From contig CAWEDJ010000040.1 of assembly GCA_963807635.1 (NCBI GenBank), forward strand, positions 32,001-96,000: a stretch of 64,000 nucleotides of DNA, in the 5' to 3' direction. Of this stretch, positions 8,483-17,637 are shown one piece after another. The notes under the pieces are model-generated. The model made no database searches. It saw nothing but the letters and a program-made list of their open reading frames with translations, and was not told the DNA's origin. How positions within the stretch are numbered: position 1 is the stretch's first letter; the number at the start of each line of letters is the position of its first letter. The DNA is from an uncultured cyanobacterium (GTDB lineage Bacteria; Cyanobacteriota; Cyanobacteriia; Cyanobacteriales; Microcystaceae). A program made the position numbers and the translations under genes.

Positions 8483-11011
8483 TTAAAAAAAACTCGTGGA
8501 ATCGCTCCGAGAATCATCAATAAATCGTTGGACTTGGAGGCGATAATCCTTTAAATTTTGATCGACCCAATCTCGATCTTCACTATTGGCATAGATGTGA
8601 ACCAACGGCTCCCCCGCATCAGGCAGAATCAGCACCCAATTATCATTACTCGGATTAATAATCTTCACGCCGTCAATTAATTCTAAATGATGATTGCGAT
8701 GAATTTCGACGAGATAACGCATCAAAGAGCCTTTCATTTTCCAGGGACAACGGACGGTGCAGGAACGATGATAAACCCTAGGTAATTCAGCCCTGACTTG
8801 TGCCAGCGATCGCCCCTGGAGAGTCAACATTTCCACGACCTTGGCGATACTAAACATGGCATCAAAGCCTGGATGAAGCTTGGGAAAAATAAAGCCCGTT
8901 TCCCCACTGCCCCCTAAAACCACATTGCCATGACTTTGGGCCGCTTCCATCAAAGCCGTTGGGTTAGCTTTGGTGCGAATGACCCTGCCATTGTATTGAC
9001 GCGCTAATTTTTCGACCGCACTGGAAGCCTGAACGGGAACGACGACCGTACCGTTGGTGTACATGGAAAGAATCATATTCACCATCAAGGCCGTTAATAA
9101 TTCGCCCCGAATAGGTAGCCCCGATTCATCCACTAAAATTAATTGTTCTCCATTAGCCGAAACCTGAACTCCTAAGTTAGCTTTTAAGGCTTCGACGACT
9201 TGCCCTAATTGGTGGAGCATGGTTTCTCGTTCTTCATTGGTAACCGCCGTTTGACGTAGACTAGCATTCAACACCACCGCATCACAGCCAAATTTACTCA
9301 ATAGTTGGGGTAAAATCGCGCCTGATACGCCATAAACGTAATCAATAACGATTTTTCCCCCACCTTGGCTTAAAACTTCGGATTCTAATTGGGCTTCAAA
9401 GGTAGTGCTATAGGTTTCTAAGACCTGGGCGGGGTAGGACATATCGCCAATATCGGGGATAGAGACTCTCCTTAAATCTTCTTTGAAATAGGCTCCTTCG
9501 ATTTTCTTTTCGGTTGTTTTGGAAATATTAATGCCCTGGCTATCTAAAAATTCGATCAGGATAAATTCAGGGCGATCGGGATGAATCCGTACATGAATTC
9601 CCCCGACAACGTTTAATTTGGGGATAATCGTGCGAGAAATGGGAATGGCAGTGGCATCCAAATTTTTAATATTGATTCCCACAGACATCAAACCCGCAAT
9701 CAAGGAACGAGTTACCATGCGAGAAACATTGCGCTGATCACGGGAAACCACGATTTCCGCCCCCATTTTCAGGGTTGAACCGTAGGCGGCCCCCAACTTC
9801 ACGGCAAATTCTGGGGTCATATCAATATTGACAATGCCCGACACTCCCCGTTGTCCAAAAAGATTGCGATGGGCTATATTTCCCCAAATCAAATTAATAT
9901 TTAAAATCGCGCCCGATTCTACCCGTTTACTCGGCCAAACTTTGACATTCGAGCTAATTTGAGCTTCTTCTCCGATAATCGACAGCGCACCAATAACGGC
10001 TCCTTCAAACACATGGGTGCGACGCTCCATCCGTACTCCTCTCCCCACAACACAGGCCGCTAAAAAACATTCGTCTCCTATCATGGCCCCATTCCAAACG
10101 ATCGCCCGTTTTAGATCGGCTCCTGCGCCAATGGTGACATTATCCCCAATGACCGTTCCCGCTTCGAGGGAAGAACCAGTCCCAATGCGACAATCATTGC
10201 CAATGATCAGAGGCGGTTGGAGGGTGACGGTGGGATCAATGACGGTATTTCTGCCGATCCAGATGCCAGGCGCGGTTTCTTCTTCCACAAAATCAAGGTT
10301 AACTTTACGGTCTAGGGCATCGTATTGGGCTTCTCGGTAGGCATCCAAATTTCCCACATCACACCAATAACCTTCGGCAATGTAACCATACATGGGTTCA
10401 TTTTTTTCGAGGAGCAGGGGAAAGAGATCTTTGGAAAAATCGCTTTCCTCTTTAGCGGGCAAATAATTTAAAATTTCGGGTTCGAGGATGTAGGTTCCCG
10501 TATTCACCGTATCGGAAAAAATTTCGCTAGTGGAAGGTTTTTCGAGAAAACGGCAGATTCGCTGGTCATCATCGGTAATTACGACCCCAAATTCGATGGG
10601 ATTGGGGACACGGGTTAAAATCAGGGTGGCTTTTGATCCTTTTTCTTTGTGAAAGGCGATCGCAGCTTGGAGATCAAAATCTGTAATACTGTCGCCACTA
10701 ATCACTAAAAAGGTGTCATTGAGGAGTTCTTCGATATTTTTAACACAGCCTGCGGTTCCGAGGGGTTGCTCATCTTCCACCGAATAGGTCATTTGTACCC
10801 CAAAACCATCGCCATTTTGGAAATAATCCCGCATCATGTCGGGCAAATAATGGAGGGTTACGATCACCTCGGTAATATTGTGTCGTTTGAGGAGATTAAT
10901 AATATGTTCAGCAATCGGCCGATTGAGAATAGGAACCATTGGCTTGGGCAGATCACAGGTCAATGGGCGTAATCGAGTTCCCGATCCTCCCGCCATCAGC
11001 ACTGCACGCAT
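8483..11011 (-). CDS. Mannose-1-phosphate guanylyltransferase / phosphomannomutase-like fusion
   Basis: MAGGSGTRLRPLT...PKPM nucleotidyltransferase domain, hexapeptide repeats, C-terminal LFGQRGVSG phosphohexomutase-like domain. Confidence 0.92.
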   Translation of the reverse strand: MRAVLMAGGSGTRLRPLTCDLPKPMVPILNRPIAEHIINLLKRHNITEVIVTLHYLPDMMRDYFQNGDGFGVQMTYSVEDEQPLGTAGCVKNIEELLNDTFLVISGDSITDFDLQAAIAFHKEKGSKATLILTRVPNPIEFGVVITDDDQRICRFLEKPSTSEIFSDTVNTGTYILEPEILNYLPAKEESDFSKDLFPLLLEKNEPMYGYIAEGYWCDVGNLDAYREAQYDALDRKVNLDFVEEETAPGIWIGRNTVIDPTVTLQPPLIIGNDCRIGTGSSLEAGTVIGDNVTIGAGADLKRAIVWNGAMIGDECFLAACVVGRGVRMERRTHVFEGAVIGALSIIGEEAQISSNVKVWPSKRVESGAILNINLIWGNIAHRNLFGQRGVSGIVNIDMTPEFAVKLGAAYGSTLKMGAEIVVSRDQRNVSRMVTRSLIAGLMSVGINIKNLDATAIPISRTIIPKLNVVGGIHVRIHPDRPEFILIEFLDSQGINISKTTEKKIEGAYFKEDLRRVSIPDIGDMSYPAQVLETYSTTFEAQLESEVLSQGGGKIVIDYVYGVSGAILPQLLSKFGCDAVVLNASLRQTAVTNEERETMLHQLGQVVEALKANLGVQVSANGEQLILVDESGLPIRGELLTALMVNMILSMYTNGTVVVPVQASSAVEKLARQYNGRVIRTKANPTALMEAAQSHGNVVLGGSGETGFIFPKLHPGFDAMFSIAKVVEMLTLQGRSLAQVRAELPRVYHRSCTVRCPWKMKGSLMRYLVEIHRNHHLELIDGVKIINPSNDNWVLILPDAGEPLVHIYANSEDRDWVDQNLKDYRLQVQRFIDDSRSDSTSFF

Positions 11012-11117
11012 AATTTTCTCCTTATCTACCGAATCATTACCTATCTATCTTAGGTCAAACTTTCTTTCTAAACTGTCACCCAGAACAATTCTTGAAAAAT
11101 ACTTAAAACATAAAAGT

Positions 11118-11146
11118 GCGATCGCAGTTTTGTTGGCCGCGATCGC
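11118..11146. repeat. Double-HIP1 hairpin, copy 1
   Basis: GCGATCGC-AGTTTTGTTGGCC-GCGATCGC; 13-nt spacer ending GGCC, like 15297-15325. Confidence 0.8.
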
Positions 11147-11262
11147 CTATTTTTTCACAGACTCTTAACGATCGCCTATTTTGGGAGAATCTAAACGCGA
11201 TCACCACATTAGAGTTAATTGCCAAGCATCAACAATCACTCTTAGAAAAATATGGAAAAAGT

Positions 11263-11466
11263 TCATTTTGCTTGATGTAGAGACTTATTTAGGATAGGAT
11301 AGTCGGGATTTTTTGAAATAGGTCGGTTGGGATAAGAAGTTGGGAAAGGAACGGTCGCTTTGGTAAAAAATTCGTCTCCCAATTCTGGAATATCTGAGTA
11401 ATCAATATCCTCATCTGTCATTAGATCAATTTTAGCCAAGTCGCTTTTGATAGATTTTTTGTTCAC
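11263..11466 (-). pseudogene. BrnA-like antitoxin, apparently lacking the C-terminal RHH domain
   Basis: DEDIDYSDIPEL.DEFF N-terminal motif; overlaps the brnT end; no RHH tail. Confidence 0.6.
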
Positions 11467-11704
11467 GATGGTTTGCCTTTCTCATAGAAATAATACGAGT
11501 TTTATTTTGGCGAGGAGTATGGACAATCACGACCACTCGACTTTCTAATTTGCCTCATGTGATTAGTCTGGATTCATTATAGGCAAAGCGATCATCTACA
11601 AAGGTTACACACTCTCCTTCAAAGACTAAGCAAGCATCCTCAAAGCTAAGTTCGTGTTTTTGTTGATTGATCTCATTTTTCATTTTATCCCATTCATATT
11701 GCAT
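11432..11704 (-). pseudogene. brnT: BrnT toxin with in-frame TGA at codon 50
   Basis: MQYEWDKMKNEINQQKHELSFEDA...DDRFAYNESRLIT*GKLESRVVVIVHTPR...RIISMRKANHREQKIY; stop at 11555-11557. Confidence 0.85.
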
Positions 11705-11840
11705 TGTGGCGATTTTGTAATTTGAGTTCTTTTTTCTCTATGTTGCAATTTCCATCGAGCAAGTTCCCGTTATTTGCCAGATGTCCCCCCATCCTCTCAA
11801 ATACCATCTATAATAGCGATAAGAATTTTGAGGTAAGCAA

Positions 11841-11987
11841 ATGGTACGGCTGGACGCATTGCGATTAGTTGAGTGGGGCAAAACAGAAAATTCGATAGAA
11901 TTAGACCTTAACCGCAAAGATTTAACAGAAATACCTAATGCGATCGCATCCCCCTGTATGACAAGCGGTAAAATTAGAACTCAGTAA
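11841..11987 (+). pseudogene. N-terminal stub of a leucine-rich-repeat protein
   Basis: GAGG RBS, then MVRLDALRLVEWGKTENSIELDLNRKDLTEIPNAIA. The first LRR breaks at HIP1 11940-11947. Confidence 0.55.
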
Positions 11988-12080
11988 TTTGGCCACGTTT
12001 ATAAATTGTAAATCACTACTTATTTTTTTTGCTAGAATGAAAGCTATTCGATTATTGTTCCTCATTAACTTCTCATAATT

Positions 12081-14183
12081 ATGCAAGCAGAGCCATTATC
12101 TATTTCCAAAGTTTTTAGAAGCGGTGGAGATATCCATTATGTACTTCCTCCATTTCAAAGAGAATATAGTTGGGAAAAAAAGCAATGGGAAGTACTTCTT
12201 AAAGATGCCTTTGCGATTTATGAGGAATATAATAGAGAATATGATGACGAAGAAGACAGTAATCCACCTGAGCATTTTTTAGGTTCTTTAGTGGTTATTA
12301 ACGATGGCAATCATAACAATGTAATAGATACATATAAGTTAGTTGATGGACAACAAAGATTGACAACGATTTCTCTTTTGTGTTGTGCGTTACGCAATAT
12401 TGTTAAACTTAATAATCCTAAGTTATCTAACAGATGTCATAAAATGTTAGTCAATTCTGGTGAAGAATCGGAAGATGATACCTACTATAAGGTACTTCCT
12501 ACAAATAAATATGGTGATCGTGAAGCTTATCAAGCCATTATCAATGACAACGAAGTACCAACTTCAGTTAAATCTTCTATTCCTAGTGCATATCAATATA
12601 TTTTTGATGAAGTTAAGAAAAAAATAAATTCGGAAGGAATTCACCCGAACACATTTTATCAAGTTATAGCTAACTTCTTTCAAGTTGTTTATATTGAATT
12701 GGGAAAAAATGAAAGTCCTTATAAAATTTTTGAAAGTCTAAATGCAAAAGGGAAAGCCTTGTCTCAAGCTGACTTAGTTCGCAACTACATTGCAATGAGA
12801 TTACCTATCCAAGATCAAGAAAAAGTTTTTGATCGTTATTGGTCAAAAATTGAAACTCTACTCCAAGAAAAAGAAACTGTCGGCAAGTCGGGAATTGGAG
12901 AATTAACTGCATTTATTCGGCATTATTTAGCAACATATTCCCGAATTTTATGCACGGAAGGTCATATTTATGCTCGTTTTAGGGATCGTTGTGAAAAATA
13001 TTTCACTAAAGATAAGGATTTTATTGACGAAATTATTAAACTTAGTAAATTTGCCAAGTATTATAATTGCTTGATTCGTCCTGAACAGGAGAAAGAGCAA
13101 GAAATAAGAGAATATTTAAAACGCATTAATAAATTTGAGATTTCAACGACTTATCCCTTTTTGCTAGAACTTTATAATGCCTATGATTCTCAAGAAATCA
13201 GTAAAAAAGACTGTGTATATATTTTAAGAACTTTGGAAAACTATTTGGTAAGACGCTATCTTGCAAGTAAAAATACTAGTTATCTAAATCGAGTTTTTTC
13301 TGTATTATGGAGTGATCTTATTAAAGAAAAGAGCAATCAAAATATTAGAGAAGCTACTGAAACGTTGCTTGCAAGTAAGCAATATCCTTCAGATCAAGAG
13401 ATACGAGAATCTATTAAAAAAGCTAAACTATATAATGATAATGCGATAGTAAAAGAAAAGCTATGCTTTGTTTTAGAAGAAATTAATCGTTATTTATCTA
13501 CAGGTTCGGATGGCTACACTATCTTAAAAGATCAACCTACAATTGAACATATAATGCCACAAACTCTCAGTAATGAATGGAAAAAATCATTAGGTGATGA
13601 TTTTGAAATGGTTTATCAGACTTATCTCAACACATTAGGAAATCTGACTTTGGCAACTTCTGAGTGGAATAGCAGTTTGTCTAATCGTCCCTTTGAAGAA
13701 AAAAAGCCAAAACTAGCTTCCCACGCTCTAAAAATAAATAGCGATTACTTCTCTCAAGATATTTCCTGTTGGGATGAAAATGAAATTCTTAAAAGAACAG
13801 ATTTTATTGCCGATAATTGTCTCGAAGTCTGGCCATCTTTTGCTAAAAAAGAATCTTTAAATAAAAATCAGACCAAATTACCTAAATCAGTCACAATCCG
13901 TCAACACATAATAGAAATTCCTGATCAAACTTGGTTACAATTTAGAGTTTTAGTCGTTGAATGGGGAATCACAAATTATCCGAATTCGTTTGAATTAATT
14001 AGAGAATCATTTCCAACTCATTTTTGTGATGATCCTCAAACATCGAAAAATTGGCATAAACTCAGTAACGGTATCTGGTTATCAAAAAGATATGCAGGAA
14101 AAACTCACCTTAGTTTTTGTTCACGTTTTTTAGAGATTTTAGGTATTTCTGAATCTGAGTGGAGTTATCAGGAAATTGATTAA
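12081..14183 (+). CDS. DUF262-DUF1524 (GmrSD-like) endonuclease with extra C-terminal domain
   Basis: PPFQREYSW, VDGQQRLTT, IFESLNAKG, TIEHIMPQ...LGNLTL...N..LSN (HNH-like). Confidence 0.9.
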   Translation: MQAEPLSISKVFRSGGDIHYVLPPFQREYSWEKKQWEVLLKDAFAIYEEYNREYDDEEDSNPPEHFLGSLVVINDGNHNNVIDTYKLVDGQQRLTTISLLCCALRNIVKLNNPKLSNRCHKMLVNSGEESEDDTYYKVLPTNKYGDREAYQAIINDNEVPTSVKSSIPSAYQYIFDEVKKKINSEGIHPNTFYQVIANFFQVVYIELGKNESPYKIFESLNAKGKALSQADLVRNYIAMRLPIQDQEKVFDRYWSKIETLLQEKETVGKSGIGELTAFIRHYLATYSRILCTEGHIYARFRDRCEKYFTKDKDFIDEIIKLSKFAKYYNCLIRPEQEKEQEIREYLKRINKFEISTTYPFLLELYNAYDSQEISKKDCVYILRTLENYLVRRYLASKNTSYLNRVFSVLWSDLIKEKSNQNIREATETLLASKQYPSDQEIRESIKKAKLYNDNAIVKEKLCFVLEEINRYLSTGSDGYTILKDQPTIEHIMPQTLSNEWKKSLGDDFEMVYQTYLNTLGNLTLATSEWNSSLSNRPFEEKKPKLASHALKINSDYFSQDISCWDENEILKRTDFIADNCLEVWPSFAKKESLNKNQTKLPKSVTIRQHIIEIPDQTWLQFRVLVVEWGITNYPNSFELIRESFPTHFCDDPQTSKNWHKLSNGIWLSKRYAGKTHLSFCSRFLEILGISESEWSYQEID

Positions 14184-14225
14184 AAAAAGTTAGTAAACAC
14201 TGTATTTCTCTTTTATAAAAATTTA

Positions 14226-14624
14226 ATGGATATTAATTTTGACCTAAATACCTATCGTAATCTATTGTTTGAAACTGCCCCTAAAGTCATTGAATCTGAC
14301 GAAGAATGTGAACAAGCTTTAATGCAGTCTGAACAATTAAGACATAAAAAAAATCGTCTTCCCGAAGAAACCGCACTCTATCTATTATTAATCACTTTAA
14401 TTGAAGCCTATGAAACCGAGAATTATCCGATGGAACCCTCAACTCCCCACGAAATTCTGTTACATTTAATGGAATCTAGTGGAACTCGTCAGGCTGATCT
14501 CGTCGGAATTATTGGTTCCAGTGGGGTCGTTTCTGAAGTCGTCAATGGTAAACGAGCAATTAGTAAAGCCCAAGCAAAAGCATTAGGAAAATATTTCAAT
14601 CTTTCCCCTAGTTTATTCATTTAA
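14226..14624 (+). CDS. higA: HigA-like antitoxin / XRE HTH protein (no adjacent toxin)
   Basis: PKVIESDEE...LIEAYE...PHEILLHLME...QADL...SSGVVSEVVNGKRAISK. Confidence 0.8.
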   Translation: MDINFDLNTYRNLLFETAPKVIESDEECEQALMQSEQLRHKKNRLPEETALYLLLITLIEAYETENYPMEPSTPHEILLHLMESSGTRQADLVGIIGSSGVVSEVVNGKRAISKAQAKALGKYFNLSPSLFI

Positions 14625-14695
14625 ACTCAGTCGAACAAGAAAAAAGATGAGACGAGATCGCCAACCCTCAGACATTAAATATTGAAGAATTTACA

Positions 14696-15064
14696 TTAAC
14701 TGATCAGTTGATTGATCAGTAATTTTACTTCTTCTAATTTGTTAACTGTTATTTTTGCTTGAATTTTTAATGCTTTAGTTTGCAGGACTGAAAAGGGTTT
14801 ATCAACTCTAATCGCACTTTCAACGGGCAAACTACCATTTTCTAAGTCTTGCATTTCAATTAGAATTTTATAGGAGTGAGGCGATAAATTAGAGGTGATT
14901 GCTAACACAACAATATCTAAATTTGTTCGGTTATAGGGGTTATTAGAAATGACTAATGCTGGTCTAACTTTCGCCCCTGTCAAATCTGAAAAAGGAAAAT
15001 AAATCAGAATAATCTCTCGTTGTTTAACCTTCAAGACATTTCTCCCATAATCCATCAGGTTCAT
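14696..15064 (-). CDS. PemK/MazF family toxin (real start probably near 15034)
   Basis: IYFPFSDLTGAKVRPALVISNN..N...VLAITS. Confidence 0.88.
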   Translation of the reverse strand: MNLMDYGRNVLKVKQREIILIYFPFSDLTGAKVRPALVISNNPYNRTNLDIVVLAITSNLSPHSYKILIEMQDLENGSLPVESAIRVDKPFSVLQTKALKIQAKITVNKLEEVKLLINQLIS

Positions 15065-15227
15065 TGTCGTAAACGTCTTTTAATCCTTCTTCTGCTAAAA
15101 TTTCGTATTCATTTAGTCTGGTTAATTTTAAAGTTTCATCGGATTCCACTGTATAAATAAAAAGCTCCTCATCCTTAATTTCAAATTTTTCTTTAATTTC
15201 ATGAAATCTGGCTACTTTCATATTCAT
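15024..15227 (-). CDS. Putative antitoxin upstream of MazF
   Basis: 67 aa, acidic C-terminus (LAEEGLKDVYDNEPDGLWE), overlaps the toxin start. Confidence 0.65.
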   Translation of the reverse strand: MNMKVARFHEIKEKFEIKDEELFIYTVESDETLKLTRLNEYEILAEEGLKDVYDNEPDGLWEKCLEG

Positions 15228-15296
15228 TACCTTAAAAATTTTCCGAAAATTCCATAAGAGAAATTATAGCCTGAGTTCGTTGATATCGATGAAAAC

Positions 15297-15325
15297 GCGA
15301 TCGCCGATTTTTAGGCCGCGATCGC
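15297..15325 (-). terminator. Double-HIP1 hairpin, copy 2; probable petJ terminator
   Basis: GCGATCGC-CGATTTTTAGGCC-GCGATCGC, 31 bp after the petJ stop and followed by GTTTT on the minus strand. Confidence 0.6.
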
Positions 15326-15356
15326 TGACTTACTAAATTGCTCAATAATCAAAAAA

Positions 15357-15695
15357 TTATTTTGGCCAACCCTTTTCTGCTTGGTCTAGAACATAGGCGG
15401 CAATGTCTTCTCTTTGTTCTGGATTTAAACGAGTTTCAAAGGCGGGCATTGCATTTTTACCTTTGGTAATTTGAGCAACAATAGCCTCTACTGTATCTTT
15501 ACCATTGGCCTTTAAAGCTTCTTTTTTCAATGTCATTGCGGCGGCGATCGCATTTCCCCCTCCCATATGACAAGCGGCACAATTAGAACTAAATAGCTTG
15601 GCTCCATTGCCGATATCTGCGGCGATCGCGGCAGGACTAAAGGCTAAATTTGCAATGGTTAAAAGCATTACAAGAACGGCAAAAATTCTTTTCAT
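15357..15695 (-). CDS. petJ: Cytochrome c6
   Basis: Signal peptide ending AIA, CAACH heme motif, GKNAMPAF; GGAG RBS before ATG 15695. Confidence 0.95.
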   Translation of the reverse strand: MKRIFAVLVMLLTIANLAFSPAAIAADIGNGAKLFSSNCAACHMGGGNAIAAAMTLKKEALKANGKDTVEAIVAQITKGKNAMPAFETRLNPEQREDIAAYVLDQAEKGWPK

Positions 15696-15766
15696 GAGTA
15701 TCTCCCTTTTTTCTAGATGGTCTGATTTTGTATTGATCATCAAGAAAATTAGGTGATTTGTCAAAA

Positions 15767-15777
15767 GACAGCCTGTA
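15767..15777. promoter_or_regulatory. Possible PetR (copper switch) box next to the petJ -35
   Basis: GACAGCCTGTA fits KAC-N5-GTM (consensus from memory); adjacent to minus-strand TTGACA at 15759-15764. Confidence 0.35.
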
Positions 15778-15865
15778 AAAGATATGCAAATGAGTTGATA
15801 AAACCGTATTTGCATCAGTAAGGAATATTTCAACCCTATCTGATACAGTAAGCCTTTTAATGTTC

Positions 15866-16507
15866 TTATTCCAGAGCATCCTTAAGAGCCGTTCTCGCCG
15901 CCAGATGATTACGAGTAGAAATTAAAATTTCAGCTTCTTTTTGTAATCGTTCCGAGGTACTTTGTAATTCCAAAAGAGCCTGTTGTTCTGAGGCCACTCC
16001 GTACAGATTGCCTGCTACCCAATAGGAAAGCTCAACGGGTAAAACAGGTATATCGTCGGGTAATTCCAACGGCTGATCGGTTAATTTTGCCGAAAGTTTC
16101 ACCACGTCATGGAGTAGGCGATCGACTTCTTTCGCGAGGGGACGTAAATCTTGATTAGTGGCTTCATCCTCAATCCATTCCACCAAACCCACGCGGTAAG
16201 GCTTTTCTCGCACATATTCCAACACCCGAAAACGTTGTTGCCCCAGGGCCAGCATCTTCATTCGATCATCGGGTAAACGCTGAAACCGTAATACTTCTGC
16301 ACAACAACCGACATTCGCAATCTCTCCCGTCGCAGGATCAATCATTAACACCCCAAAGCGGCGGTCATCTTCCAAAATCGTATTCATCATGATGCGATAA
16401 CGAAATTCAAAAATATGAAGCGGTAGAGGGCGGCCTGGAAAGAGAACCACTTCGGGCAGGGGAAATAGAGGAAGTTCTCTAATGGCGAGGGAGGATGATG
16501 ATCGCAT
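15866..16507 (-). CDS. Lon peptidase N-terminal substrate-binding domain protein
   Basis: ELPLFPLPEVVLFPGRPLPLHIFEFRYRIM, GQQRFRVL. Confidence 0.92.
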   Translation of the reverse strand: MRSSSSLAIRELPLFPLPEVVLFPGRPLPLHIFEFRYRIMMNTILEDDRRFGVLMIDPATGEIANVGCCAEVLRFQRLPDDRMKMLALGQQRFRVLEYVREKPYRVGLVEWIEDEATNQDLRPLAKEVDRLLHDVVKLSAKLTDQPLELPDDIPVLPVELSYWVAGNLYGVASEQQALLELQSTSERLQKEAEILISTRNHLAARTALKDALE

Positions 16508-16629
16508 GATCGCTTCTATAAAAGGGGGTAAAGGGGTTAATGATTCTTTAGTTTAATATAGCGGAGATAGGTCAGATATGGGGGTAGGTGATCGCGTTTT
16601 ATAATCACTTCAAATAGTCTTTTTAAGGC

Positions 16630-17406
16630 TTATTTTCCCGTTAATTTGACCAGACCAATTCCCCCAAAATATAACCCTAAAACTGCCCCTGCTAACAGAG
16701 ATTGAGTCAGGGGATCGGTAGAGGGAGTTAGCACTGCGCCGAGAATCACCGAGCCTAAAACGACATAACGCCAGCCGCCGATCATTTTTTGGGAAGAAAC
16801 AATGCCTAAATAGCCCAAAATTAATTGGATAACGGGAATTTGAAAGGTTAAACCCGTACTTAGCATTAAGAGTAAAACAAACTCAAAATAACGATCAATT
16901 GACCAGAGTTGCTCGACCACATCCTCACCGTAGCTGATAAAAAAGTTGAGGGCGGCGGGAATCAGGGCGAAATAGGCAAAGGCTAATCCGACAAAAAAGA
17001 GGACACTGGAACCGAGGACAACAGGGCCTAGAAGGCGACGTTCTCGGCGGGTGAGACCAGGCAAGACAAATTGAATAATCTGGTAAAGAATAAAGGGACT
17101 GGCGACGAGAACCCCACTGTAACCCGCAACTTTGATCGAAACAAAAAAGAATTCTCCAGGAGCTAATTGGAGGAATTTAACATCCTGGGCGGGCAATTCT
17201 AAGGCTCTGACCAGGGGTTTAACCACAATAAAACAGCCCACCATCCCCACTGCGATCGCGCCGAGAGAATAAAAAATGCGTAATCGAAATTCTTCCAGGT
17301 GATCGAAGAGGGACATTTCTACTTCGTCAGGAAGTTCATCCAGAAAGGTTTCAGGATTTGGCTCTTGATTGCTGAGGGTTTTGGTTTCGAGTTCTGTGGG
17401 GGGCAT
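16630..17406 (-). CDS. tatC: Twin-arginine translocase subunit TatC
   Basis: [33 protein letters not shown]; six hydrophobic segments. Confidence 0.96.
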   Translation of the reverse strand: MPPTELETKTLSNQEPNPETFLDELPDEVEMSLFDHLEEFRLRIFYSLGAIAVGMVGCFIVVKPLVRALELPAQDVKFLQLAPGEFFFVSIKVAGYSGVLVASPFILYQIIQFVLPGLTRRERRLLGPVVLGSSVLFFVGLAFAYFALIPAALNFFISYGEDVVEQLWSIDRYFEFVLLLMLSTGLTFQIPVIQLILGYLGIVSSQKMIGGWRYVVLGSVILGAVLTPSTDPLTQSLLAGAVLGLYFGGIGLVKLTGK

Positions 17407-17496
17407 AGTTTCCAAGGTTAAATCCGAGGTCGGTTAACTTATTCTAGCTAAATGTCGCTCGTAGAACTGATTTTATCCCTGGGTTTAACCTTGAGA

Positions 17497-17612
17497 TAAG
17501 TAGCTTAAAATTAAACTAACAATAGGTTTTGCGCTCGATCCCCCCTGCCCCCCTTGATAAGGGGGGTGTCTGTAAGACGGGGGGATCTCATAAAATTTAA
17601 GACCCAGCTATT
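17497..17612. repeat. GC-rich multi-stem palindromic element (REP/MITE-like)
   Basis: GATCCCCCC..CCCCCCTT GAT AAGGGGGG..GTCT GTA AGAC GGGGGGATC at 17537-17587, flanked by TAAGTAGCT...AGCTA. Confidence 0.75.
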
Positions 17613-17637
17613 TTGTCAATCGGTCGCCTAAAAAAGT

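Noticed and set aside
11118..11205. CRISPR-like array of CGATCGCCTATTTT units
   Set aside because: Only 2-4 short degenerate HIP1-based units with irregular spacing; no cas genes.
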